Assembly: GCA_025594325.1 (NCBI GenBank) | Contig: JANHCV010000013.1 | Coordinates: forward strand, 310,001-374,000 | Length of the DNA: 64,000 nucleotides | Reading direction: 5' to 3' | Source of the DNA: Blastocladiella emersonii ATCC 22665 | Lineage: Eukaryota; Fungi; Blastocladiomycota | Part shown: one piece after another, positions 33,201 to 43,978 of the stretch | How positions within the stretch are numbered: position 1 is the stretch's first letter | Layout: each line of letters begins with the position of its first letter | Made by a program: the position numbers and the translations under genes | Notes under the pieces: generated by a model | What the model saw: only the letters and a program-made list of their open reading frames with translations | Databases searched by the model: none | What the model was told of the DNA's origin: nothing

Positions 33201-33995
33201 GCCTGCAAAGCGGCGGGGGTGCCTGCAAAGCTGTGGGGAGCTGCCTGCAAAACGGGGTGGGCGCCTGCGAGCCTGAAACGAATTTCGTGATGGCGGCGCC
33301 GATCGCACTCTGCGCTCGCTGGCGTTGCCCTCGCTGCGCCGCGCCGCCGCCGCTCACCTTCTCCCCGATCGCTTCTCCCTGCGTCATGCTCACCACACGC
33401 AACTCGATGCAACGATTTCAATGTAACTAGTGACCACTTCAGCGACCACCTGCGCCGCAACCCGGGCTCGTGCGCGCTCGCGTTCCTGTGCGAGCTGGCC
33501 AAGTCGCCCGCCGCGCGCGACCCGGACCTCATGGCCACCGCCGCCGCCCTGCTGCCGCACCAAGCTGCGCCGGATGCGCCCACCGCGCCCGGCACCGCCC
33601 TGATCCCGCGCCTCGTCCGCGACATCGGCTTCGACACGATCGACGCCGCGCTGCGCAAGCTCGAGCCCGACGCCGTGCCTGCCGGCCTAACGCACCCGCT
33701 CTCCGACGTGATTGACTGGAGCCGTGTTGCTGACGGTCCCGCCGCCGGCAGCAGTTCGAGCGACCCGCTCACCGTGCTAGACCTGGTCCTGCGGCCACCG
33801 TCGGCCACGACGGCCGCGTCGGTGCCCGCCCAACTGCCCATGCTCAGGCTGGTGTACGTCGACGAGGCGGACGTAGGCAAGGTGCTCGAATGCGCAGCTG
33901 ACGCGGGCATCGCTGTGTCGGTCGTTTCCGCGGTGCTCCCGCAATCCGCTCGAACCCCCTCTGCCGGCCGCGCCGTGCGCTGGTCGCCCTACTGA
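30294..33995 (+). CDS. C2H2 zinc-finger protein, paralog A (third intron 30805-33430 expanded to 2.6 kb)
   Basis: Spliced CPACALSFDRSNDAARHFQTAH and CVASCSARTNRR|DHFSDHLRRNP; phase-2 splice junctions match. Confidence 0.7.
30822..33294. mobile_element. Putative degenerate TIR element inside the zinc-finger intron
   Basis: 10-bp inverted ends GCCATCACGA (30822-30831) / TCGTGATGGC (33285-33294). Related subterminal repeats (GCTTTC/GAAAAGCAC, GCCTGCAAAGC) and an internal IR 30836-31027. No TSD found. Confidence 0.5.
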
Positions 33996-34501
33996 TTGCT
34001 CTTCCCTTTGTGAATAAGTTCAATGCAGTTCCATGTGGTGTGTGCCTTCCCTGTCAGGAACAGACTCGGCGCCGCGGCGTTTCGGGTCGGCAGCGAGCGT
34101 GATCGGGTTACCGGCCGCACCGCACCGCACCGCACCGCACCGCACCCCGATTTGGTGTGGCGCTGCTGCTGGTCGGCCTGGCGCCCGCTTGCTCGCTTGC
34201 TCGCAGAGGACGGGCCACCGCCGCTGCGCTCTTGCCTCGCGCTCTCGCCTCGCGACCGTGCGCTATCCCCGCCCGCCGCCCGCAACCACCGCTCGCCCCT
34301 CTATCAGGCTGTCCCGCTGCTCGCACGCCCGCCGTCCAGTCGCGATGCCACCCAGCTCTCCGGCCAACACGGGCCTCCCGCCACAGGGCGCCCAGCGCAT
34401 CAGCCGCGGTGCGTTCTCTCGTTTGACGCGGGCGTTGTGTTGAGCGCAGGACTGACGCTATGATCGCTTGTTCGACGCCCTCGCCTACCGACCATGGTCT
34501 C

Positions 34502-36689
34502 CAGTCCGCGCCGCCCTCGTCGCGCTGCACGAGGCGTACCCAAACCTCGCGTTCGATGTCACGACCGACGGGAGCCTGCTCGTCGAGTCGCGTGCCGACG
34601 GCGAGCGGCCCATGGAGTGCCCATTCCCAGGATGCCGCCAGCGCTTGTACGTGGACGGCAGCACTGTTGCGCGCCGTGATCGTCCCTCACGACATAGTGC
34701 TCGTGTGTAGCAAGCGCAGGCGAGCCAACGACGTCGCGCGGCACTTCCAGACAAGGCACGCGCCCGATGCGCTGCCGTTCGTCTGTCCCGCACCGTGCAC
34801 CTCGCGCACGAACCGACGGTGCGTACTCGCTGTCGTCGCCGTCACCGCTCGTATCAAGGTAACACGAACGAACGCTCTCCAGCGACCACTTTGCCACGCA
34901 CCTCAAGCGCAGTGAGCCGTGCGTGTGGCGGCTGCTCGTGCAGCGCACCGACCCGGACGTGGACATCATGATGACCATGGCCGCGCAGTCGGGCGCATTT
35001 GGCGCCGCTGGCCACTGGACCGAGCTGCTCGCGGCCGCGCACGAGCTTGATCTTGCTACTATCCCTACGACTGCGCCATTGCCCGCGCCCGCGCTCACGA
35101 TGCAGGAGTACACGACCACGCTTGCCAACGCGCCCCAGCTCCCGCGCGCGGCAAACGTTCCTGCGCTCGAGTGGCACCAGCCGCCATCGCACCCGCCGCT
35201 TGTGTTTAGCGGCCTGCCGCCGCTCCACGCACCGAGCTCGCACGACGCGGGTCCCGCGTATCCGGCTGGATCGCACGCCGTATTCTCGCCGGCCATGGAC
35301 CATCATCGCCACCATCATCATCACTGTCCAGGTTTTGACGCGTCCGCGGCGGCGGGCTACCCGGCCCGCGTTCCATCGCGCTACTCGAGCGGCACCCCGG
35401 CGGCCGCGCACCACCAGCAGCGGCTGATTTCTAGCGTATTCGACCCAGCAACGCTGACGTGGGGCCCAGCGACCGTCGGCGTCTACTCCGCGGGTCCGCC
35501 GCGTGCAGCCGTTGGCGCCGCTCCACTGTACTCGCACGTTCCGGCAGCGCATCCCGCGCTCGACGGACCGCGGACGACCAGATCCACCACCACCACCACC
35601 ACCACCAGCAGCGACTCGAGCGCGTGGAGCGACAGCGCGCCCAGCGACGGCTACATTAGCGGCGGCGGGTTCCTCGCGACCCTGGCACGGCTCGCGGAGC
35701 TGCAGCGCCCGCAACCTGCCGAACCGCTCGCGAGCACCGCCAACGGGCCACTTCCACCGCACGTTGTGGCGCCCTCGACCGCGAGCGTGCCTCGCTCGCA
35801 TGCGAGGTATGGTGGCGAGATGCGATCAATCGGCGGGCCAAACACGGACGCGCTTCGCCCAAACCCAACCCATGCTCACCCACACACGCACGCTTCGCGT
35901 AGCACGCGGTCCGCGTCGAGTGACACGAAGTTTGCTGCCGTCGCGTACGATGGGCTCGCGTTCGAGCCGTCGCCGTCCCTTGCCTCTGGCGGCGCGGGAA
36001 CCAGCTCTGCGGGCGGGCTCGGCGCGCTCCGCCTCGCAGCGCAGCTGCACGACGGGTTCGCGCCTGCTGCGTGGTCAAACCGCGCCGCGCACGCGATTGG
36101 GTACGGCTGCCCGCCGCCGTTCCAGTCGCCGATCGCGCACGCCGCCTCGCTGCACCAGCCAGCAGTTCCGGCCGCACTGGGCGACACGTACGCGATACCA
36201 ATCGTTGCGTCGGATGCTACGGCCGTCGCTGCTGCTGCCACGGGGCAGGATCCCGCCGACCAGTACGGGTTTGACTCGTGGCTGCCGCTCACGTTCCCGC
36301 TTGGCGAAACGGCGCCAAAGTTCGACCCGCGCTCGCCGGCCTCACACACGTCGCTCGCCGCCGCACTCGCAGCCCCAGCATTACCACCAGCACATATCTC
36401 ACCCACTTCGTGGTCATCACTGTCCTCGCCTGGCTCCGCCGCGGCCCCATCAAGTCGCCGCGATCGCGGTCGCCACCGCGAGTCGCCCCCGTCTGCCGCG
36501 CGGTTCCAGTCGTACCCGCCGATGCGACCACCGCGGCCCGCGAGTGTGGATTGCTCTTACGGAAACTTTGGTGATGCTGCGCGAAGTGGACGCAGGTCGC
36601 TTGAGGACGGCCACTCTATGTGGTTCACGGACGGAAGCGGCAGCGCGTTGGGAGCGAGCGCCGTTTCGTGCATGTCTAGGCCATCATGA
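34502..36689 (+). CDS. C2H2 zinc-finger protein, paralog B, with long low-complexity C-terminus (start uncertain)
   Basis: Spliced CPFPGCRQRFKRRRANDVARHFQTRH and CPAPCTSRTNRR|DHFATHL, continuing into ORF 34923-36689. Confidence 0.7.
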
Positions 36690-37038
36690 CTGGTTATACA
36701 GCTTCTTCCTTTGTGTGTCTGACGTTTCGCTAAGGATTTGCGGGCTACGATGCAGCTCCAACGTGGCGTGTCGCGCGCGACCGCGCCGACTCAGAGTCGC
36801 AGTACTTCTCGAAGCAACTGAAGTTCTTCGAGCGCTCTCACTGTCAGGTAAGGCCAAAAATGACTTTGACCGCGTGCGAGCGTTTGGAAGCGCTTGATCG
36901 GTGCGCGATCGGTGACCTGGGCCAAGTCGAGATGAGCGATGCGACTTGAAACGCGGTCAGCGGAGTAGCCGTCCTGGTGCACTTGAGAGCTGCACGGTAC
37001 GCGTGCGACATGCAAAAAGTCATTGGTGATCAAAAGTG

Positions 37039-39003
37039 ATGGCGGATAACGTGAGTGGCGTCGCGCGGGCCGCGTCACCAGGCCCAAGTTCCCACGGTAC
37101 CGCGGCGCCGCGGCGGAAGGCTTCGCCGAACCGAGTTCGCTCTCTCGTCCGCCCAACAACGTACGCCATGGATGACCTGCTAGACTTGATGCAATCGCAT
37201 GAACCCGAAACGGCGTCGCTCCTTGCGCTGCCCGTCGAGCTGCACCCGCTGATCGCCGCGCGCCTCTCGCTTCGCGACGCGGCCGCTCTCCGCGCAACTT
37301 GTCGCGCCGTGGCCGAGTCTGACCTTTGGCGTGGCGAACGTTGGTGGGCTATGCTCTTTGCGCTCGCAGCACCCGATGCGGATCGATTCCAAGCCGTCGC
37401 CCCGCCGTACTACGGCCCTGGCCGGCACAGGCACCGCAGCCCGCAGCCGTGCAGCAACGCGTCGATGAAGCGCATCTTTATCGAGCTTGCCACCGCCTTG
37501 GTGTCCCGCGACCTTGGCGATCGCAAGCGGTGGTCGATGCTCCGCGCTTGGACCCGCGGCCGCATCCCGCTCGACACGAATGCGTTTGCGCGGCTTTACA
37601 CGACCGCCTTTGATCTCAGCGCAATCAATGCCGTGGCCACGCTCATGTCGCTCAAGAACCGCAACGGCCGAAACATGTACGAGCTGTACTACTCTGCTCG
37701 CAAATCTGGGACACCCATCAAGCCCGCGTTCGACCTCTTCGTCAAGGGGGATTTCCCGCCCGAGCAGGTCGCGCCCGTGCTTCGTGCCACGTTCTACTCG
37801 GCGACTTGGAGATACGGCCTCGACGTTCTCCTGACTCATCTCGTAAAGCAGCCACCGAGCTTCCAGCTGGCCGTCCTGCTCGATGCGCAAGCCCGCTTCT
37901 CAGGCCATCCCGACGACGGCGATTATCTTCGCGATTTCATCGAGTCCCTCGTCGCTTCCTTGCCCAAAAGTCTCGGCTCAACTGCTCTCAGTCACATCCT
38001 CATCGATCTCACCTTCCTCGCACACGACGCGGGCTACACTAGCCGCCGCTCCAGGACCAAGGACGACTTTGAGCTCCACCTTGTCAATGGCATCGAGCCA
38101 GTCCGCGCGCGAATCGAGGCGCTCCTCCCAAAGCGCAAGCACGAGCGTGACTTGGCCATGGCTCGGCTCGAAGCCCTTAACCCCATCATCGGCGAACACC
38201 TGCTTCACGGCGCACCCTTCATCGACTCGTGGGAGTACTTTGGGGATGATGTCGACCGAACCACGGCGGTTCCTGACGAAGTGCTCCAGCAGGCGCGCTG
38301 GTGGCACCCGCACGCCGTCATCATTGGCAAAATCTCGACTCACTTTGCCACACACATTCCCGGCTTTCAATGGTCGGCGGAACTGCTCGAGTACCCCGCA
38401 CGGTTTCCCATTTGCCTTGGCCCGGCGCTTGGCCGGCTTCCGCTTTCCACTACATTCCGCTTGCGCTCCGAGCCGTACACGGACGCCGAGTGGCACGAGA
38501 TCCACCGCGACGTGATGGCCGCGTACCAGCGGGCGTGGGAGCCAAGCGACGCGGATCGCGTTTCGGAACAGTGGGAGCGTCGCGTCACGTCAATGAGTCG
38601 TGACCTTTTACAAGCCTTGATTGACCTCGAGTACCCAGGGATAACCGAGCCGTCTGCAGATGTGCCGCTCGACGCGGCTCCGCTTGGCGTTAACGGCCTC
38701 GGGCTTCACATGGCGACGGTGGTCAAGATGTTCGCGATTTGGGACACTGACGGGCGGCACTGGCTGGTGGACAACATCAAGACGCTGCGCGGACACCCGT
38801 GGTCCATGTCGTCCAAGTGTCTCGACCAGATTCTTGAGGCGCCTTGGGCCTCGTACTACAGGCTTGAGACCGTAGCTTTCTTGAAGCTAGCTCAGGAGAA
38901 GGGTCCCCTTTGTGATCCTGAGTTGTGCGCGCGGGCCAACGACTGGATCAACAAGATACTCAATCCTCACCTCGTTGCGTTGGACTCAGCGGATATCAAA
39001 TGA
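37039..39003 (+). CDS. F-box domain protein
   Basis: LLALPVELHPLIAARLSLRDAAALRATCRAV F-box pattern; long intact ORF. Confidence 0.7.
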   Translation: MADNVSGVARAASPGPSSHGTAAPRRKASPNRVRSLVRPTTYAMDDLLDLMQSHEPETASLLALPVELHPLIAARLSLRDAAALRATCRAVAESDLWRGERWWAMLFALAAPDADRFQAVAPPYYGPGRHRHRSPQPCSNASMKRIFIELATALVSRDLGDRKRWSMLRAWTRGRIPLDTNAFARLYTTAFDLSAINAVATLMSLKNRNGRNMYELYYSARKSGTPIKPAFDLFVKGDFPPEQVAPVLRATFYSATWRYGLDVLLTHLVKQPPSFQLAVLLDAQARFSGHPDDGDYLRDFIESLVASLPKSLGSTALSHILIDLTFLAHDAGYTSRRSRTKDDFELHLVNGIEPVRARIEALLPKRKHERDLAMARLEALNPIIGEHLLHGAPFIDSWEYFGDDVDRTTAVPDEVLQQARWWHPHAVIIGKISTHFATHIPGFQWSAELLEYPARFPICLGPALGRLPLSTTFRLRSEPYTDAEWHEIHRDVMAAYQRAWEPSDADRVSEQWERRVTSMSRDLLQALIDLEYPGITEPSADVPLDAAPLGVNGLGLHMATVVKMFAIWDTDGRHWLVDNIKTLRGHPWSMSSKCLDQILEAPWASYYRLETVAFLKLAQEKGPLCDPELCARANDWINKILNPHLVALDSADIK

Positions 39004-39421
39004 GACGACCCTTGACGTCATTAAGGTCGATTCTGCTCTCGCGTTTGTTCGTGAACAACGCGCGTTGTGCTTTGTGTCTCGCGCCGCGCTCGTCACGCTT
39101 TATCTGCCATCTTGCACTCTCATGAAAAACAAATATGATATCAATGCAAATGTACCAATTGAGGCCGAGAATCGACGTGCACCCGCTGAAATGTGAGAGT
39201 GATCCGCTGGATTCATAGGTGAAGGCTGCACCTGGCTTCATGCAGCTTGTTCGACTCGTTGCGCGCGCGCAGCGCAGAAAACGGTTGCATCTCAGCGTTG
39301 CGCGATCAAGCCGTCCCTCGTCCGAAGCCTTGGACAACGCGCAGAATTACGTGCAGGTCGATATGAACGACGTGCATTGATTGGGCTCAGGAAAATGTAT
39401 GAAGGGGAACGACAAGTGCAA

Positions 39422-39991
39422 TCACAATCTGCGGCGATGGTGGTTGTAGAGTTCGCAGTCGTGAAAGCTTTGGAGGCATTCGTCAAAGCTCTGGAACAGT
39501 CCGCCTGGGTTTGCGATGTCGAACTTCCAACCGCGCTTGAAAAGCCAGTCAATGATGAAGATGGCATCCTTGGCGGGGCATCGCACCCACTCAAGTCTGT
39601 GGAGCATGGCGTCGCAAAAGCATTCCATGCGCGCAAGACGCATGAACAGCTCGAGGTTGAGGCCAAACTTGGGATCGACAAGGACCTCGAACACATCCTT
39701 GCTCCAGTGGAACATGGCCGCGTACGCCAAGAAGACGTGAAAATGGATGGGGAGGCGATGTCTCCGCGGCGACGGCTCCAGGTTAGGCGTGTAGTTCTCA
39801 CCCTCCGCTGCAGGCTGGAAGCATGGGAACCACTTCGACCGCTGGAGCCACTCCCACAACGTGGGTTTCGGCTCGGGAGTCCCAAGCAGGCAAGTTTGAG
39901 CGTTGTAGGCGACCTTGCCGCTGGCCGATTCGCCAAGCTTTGCCTCGAGGCCCAGCCGATCGACATGGACGGAATCGCGGCAATCAACCAC
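39422..39991 (-). pseudogene. 5'-truncated ankyrin-like relic
   Basis: DAIFIIDWLFKRGWKFD resembles AAIFDWLYADGW at ~7300; no start or promoter. Confidence 0.35.
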
Positions 39992-41100
39992 GCGCGCTTC
40001 GCCTCCCGTCCACCCTCGTAACTCTGGACCTCAGGTACACTTGGCTCGATTGCTCCAGGACTGGTCCGCGCGTGACTTGGTCTCCCTGCCTCAAAACCCT
40101 TGCACTTGGCGGAAGCGCGGGAAACTTGGTTTGGTCGCTCCTCCGGCTTCTGCAGCAGGGCTTTCCTGCCTCACTCAAGTCACTCAACCTGCAAGAGTCT
40201 TCACTGGACAACACGACTGCGCATGTCGCGGTGGAACTGCTTCCGCGCACCCTTGAGCGGCTGGAACTGCAATGGAACCAAATCACTGGCGATGGAGTTG
40301 GCACGCTTAGTCCAAAGCTTCCACCCAGTCTGCGGCACCTGAATCTATCATCGAATCCACTTGGATACACCGCGCCTTCAGTTTGGTTCCTTCCCGTGGT
40401 CTTGCAATCCTTCAGCTCAACAACATCAAATTCGAGCTCGCCGCCTGCTACACGCTTGCTCACTCGCTCGCTTCATCCCTTTCTAGAAGAGCTTTATGTC
40501 TGTGGTGCCGAGTTTCCCGCTGACCTGAAAACAATGTTTGCCTCTGCGCTTCCCTTTGCAATCCGCACCATTGACTTTTCGCATGTTCATTTCCCTCTAG
40601 AGGCGAGAGTCTCCTGGCTGATCTTCCAGCGCTCGCCCCGGTATCATTGGATGGCTGGGCTAGTAAAGAGCGCGGCGTAGAGCGACTCAGCTGGAGCACG
40701 ACTCAGCTGGAGCACCTTGAACGACGCCTGCACACTACCGATGTGTGTCGGTCGCTCTCAATTTCGGTCCAGCGCATAGAGACTCTCGAGCTCAGATCTG
40801 TCCTCCTCACCGACCCCCTGCTCGCCACGCTGGTCGCAAGCAAGCTACCCACCACATTCAAATACTTGGACGTTCAATGAAACGATATCTCCGACACTGG
40901 CGCGTTGCTACTTGCGGAACGGTTTCGTGGGGACACGCTCAACCTCAAAAACAACCTCTGCATCACCATTGACGGCACGCGGACGGTGCTTTGTGCCGCG
41001 CACAACGGTGGGAGGGTGCTGTTTTGACTCCGAACCAAGTTATCGCCGTTTTGGCTGCTGAGCGACCAGTCAATATAGTTACGTCCTGCTCATTCTGACG
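39990..41100 (+). pseudogene. Degenerate RNI-like LRR gene fragment, paralog of the 12.6-14.2 kb LRR
   Basis: LPSTLVTLDL, PASLKSLNLQESSL, LPRTLERLELQWNQITGDG, LPPSLRHLNLSSNPLG; frameshifts after 40680. Confidence 0.65.
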
Positions 41101-41449
41101 GCGCGGTCCGCTGGCATGCGGGCACGGTTTGATGCGCGCAACAATTGCTGGGCTCAACCCCAGTGGTCTCCCCGAAAAAACCTGGTCCACGTGACCTAGG
41201 CTCGTCGTCGTCCCTCGCGACCGGTCACCTGACCGCCTAACACATTCATAAACCAGACCTTTTCTGCCCGTTGCTCGCTCCCCGCCCCGTGAAATCGTCT
41301 ATGAAGCTTCCACCATGATAACATGCAGCATTGGCATCTCTGCAGCCCAATAAATCTCGCTGAAACTCGTCACGACGCCGTCTTCACACTGAGCCAAGCA
41401 CAGAGAAATGTTGCGAGAGCACCGACGGCCACTTCACGCCATGCGAGGA

Positions 41450-42360
41450 GATAGCGGTGCTGCTGAGGACTGCGGCATCACGCTCATGCCCGCTATGGCG
41501 AAGACCGAGGACGGGAAGCCTGTCCAGTCTCCCGCCGCTCCATCTTCTCTGGGTTCGAACGCCACCGCGTCGCGTGCCCGCCACTCGAACGTGCTCGTGT
41601 GCGACCCGTCGCTCCCAAGCAACCTCGAGTGGCGCCTCGGCCAGCGGGTACTCCCGCCCGTGACCCGCCTGTACGCCGTGATTGAGCGCACCAACCCCGC
41701 GCGGCTCGCGCACCTGCCTTGGGATTGCGCGCATTTTGGTGCGGCCCAAGACGCGAGGAGCGGCGACGCGACCAACGACATGCATCCGCCTAAGGACATG
41801 CTGTTGGGCGCTGAGTGGTTCGCCGCCGTCGAGCAGATGCACATACGTTACAAGAACTCGGCGTGTACCGCGTTAGTGGACCTCACGTCGTGTCCGGCCC
41901 GTTGCGCGCTGCCAACGGGGCCAACCTGACCGCGGCCATCACGCCCAGCTCCGTGTCTCTTGACTGGTCGTGTCCCACGCGCCGCCCGTCAGAGCGTGAC
42001 CACGCAGGTCGTCACGCAGCCCGCACGCATTTGACCCGGTACGCGCAGCGGTGGCTCATGTGCAACGACGCGGCGTGCGCGTGGCGCACGCGCAACGTCC
42101 GCGTGTACGGCGCGCGCTGCGCGCAGTTCTTGCGGTACACCGGCCGCATGGGGTTCGTCCACTAGCCCAACGCGCTGTGCCGCCAGCTTGCCAACACATG
42201 TTTGACTCTGACAAAGCGGCGGCGACCGCGGCTAAGGTCAACGGCACCCGCGCCATGCTCCTCGCCCACGCGCTTAAGTTTCGCGCAGTCTACAGCGCAA
42301 TCAACGCTTACTTTGCCGTTAAGACCACACCCAGGTCGATCCCGCGCCGCCCTTCTTGTT
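41450..42360 (+). pseudogene. POL1: Orphan degenerate fragment of DNA polymerase alpha catalytic subunit C-terminus (end of thumb plus zinc-finger CTD)
   Basis: EWRLGQRVLPPVTRLYAVIERTNPARLA resembles YLSQQILPPVERLC.PIEGT..ARLA. LTRYAQRWLMCNDAACAWRTRNVRVYGARC resembles the Pol alpha CysB region. MFDSDKA follows. Frameshifts and stops present. Confidence 0.72.
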
Positions 42361-42785
42361 GAAAGCGGCCACCCGAGGCGCAGTCCCGGCTTGAGGAACA
42401 AGCGCTGGCGACTCTTCAAGCGAGTAGAGATATTGGCTGGGCCCACGGCAAGATGAACTTCGCGTCGGGTTTCGTTGTTGCCCGCGCCTTGGCGCAGCGC
42501 GACCGTGTAATGACGGCGGCCAAACTGAGAAGGGTCATTGCGGAGCGGCGGCTGCATTGGTAGCAGATATCAGCCAAACGCATTCAACATTTACAGTCCA
42601 TCAATCCGTGTGCATGCGTATGGGCTGGACTTAAAAAAGAGTTCATAGCCGTGATTCTGAGATCAGCAAGGGCCTGAGTCGCTGACGGTCAAAGCGATCG
42701 CGCATGGCCATGATCATGGCCATGGCCGTGATGACGTTCCTCCGATCACGGCGCAGAGTTTCAACACTCAGGAGCGGAATCTATA

Positions 42786-42895
42786 AGTTGAGGTTGGTTG
42801 GGTTGAGGTTGAGTTGAGTTGAGTTGAGGTTGAGTTGAGGTTGAGTTAAGGTTGGGTTGGGTGGGTTGGGGGAGGGGGTGGGGGAGGGGTGGGGT
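42786..42895 (+). repeat. (GTTGA/GTTGAG)n simple repeat followed by G-run tract
   Basis: Directly visible; eight runs of at least 3 G at 42854-42894. Confidence 0.9.
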
Positions 42896-43521
42896 TGAAA
42901 GCCCAGCACGGAGGGGAGCAGTTCCTAACGCTACCGGTCGCCAATTGCTCGTATCTGCCCAGTAAATTCTTCATCGCCCTTGTACACGTGCTCCGTCACA
43001 CACGACGGACATAGTTTTCACGCGCGCAGAGCGACAGAAGATGCAGCGACAGAAGTTGCAGCGACGGCGCCTAATGCATGAGCGTGGGTTCTGGCCAAGT
43101 TGAACATGTGCTTGTCGTTCTTCGCCGCGACGCATCCGTTCGCGGCCGTCTCGTCCCAAGCGCTTTGCGCGGCGATGGTTTTGCCCTAAATGAAGGCGAA
43201 CTCGAAACGTTCTAGCGGCTTATGAAAAAATCAAACGCGTCCGGTTCATGTCACGTGAGTGGCGCAACGCGTCCTTGATTGCCTAAAAGGGCACGGACGA
43301 CAGTTCGCTCGGAGCTCCTCAAGGTTTTGCTCTCGTCCTTGTCAGGACCACGGCGAGCGAGTATTACGACTATGCATTCGAACCAAGCCAACCATAGTAC
43401 CAGCAAACTCCCAACGCGTTTCTTCAACCGCTCTTATGCCGCGAGGTTTGAGCATTGACGCGTAAGTGGGAAGGGCGGCTCAGCTCGTAGCACTGTCAAG
43501 TGCCCTCGGCACCCCGTACGC

Positions 43522-43546
43522 GTCACATGATTTATTGACGCGTCTC
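43522..43546 (+). promoter_or_regulatory. Composite motif copy 5
   Basis: GTCACATGA TTTATT GACGCGTCTC, ~430 nt upstream of the Hsp70-like ATG. Confidence 0.5.
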
Positions 43547-43978
43547 ACTTGGCCGCCCCGTCACGAAGTCCGCTTCAGTGGCGGCAAACGGGCAGGGTCA
43601 ACATGACAGCCGCTTGGTTCTGTGCACGCTCGAGGACTTGCTGGTGCGGTGCGAAGCCGTGCGTGCACCGCGCGGTGCACCATGTCGGATCTAGCTACCG
43701 CACTGGTTTTCACTACACCGCATTCGAGGCCTTGGAGCCCTTACACCGCATTTGCGCTCCTCGAGAGCTCGCGGCGTGTTTATTACGTGCACCGCACTCG
43801 GACACAAGCTTTATTGGCACCGCAGGCGCTCGCCCGCTCAGCCTTCGGCGTCCTCAGCCTCGGCCCGCACGCGTCTGGTCCTTGCTCCCCCTCTCCCGTT
43901 AAAGAGCCTGGCGCAGCGCATCATTTGCTCGAGCACGTCTCCCCGTTCGAAGCCCGCCGCCCTGGCGAGAAACCAATC

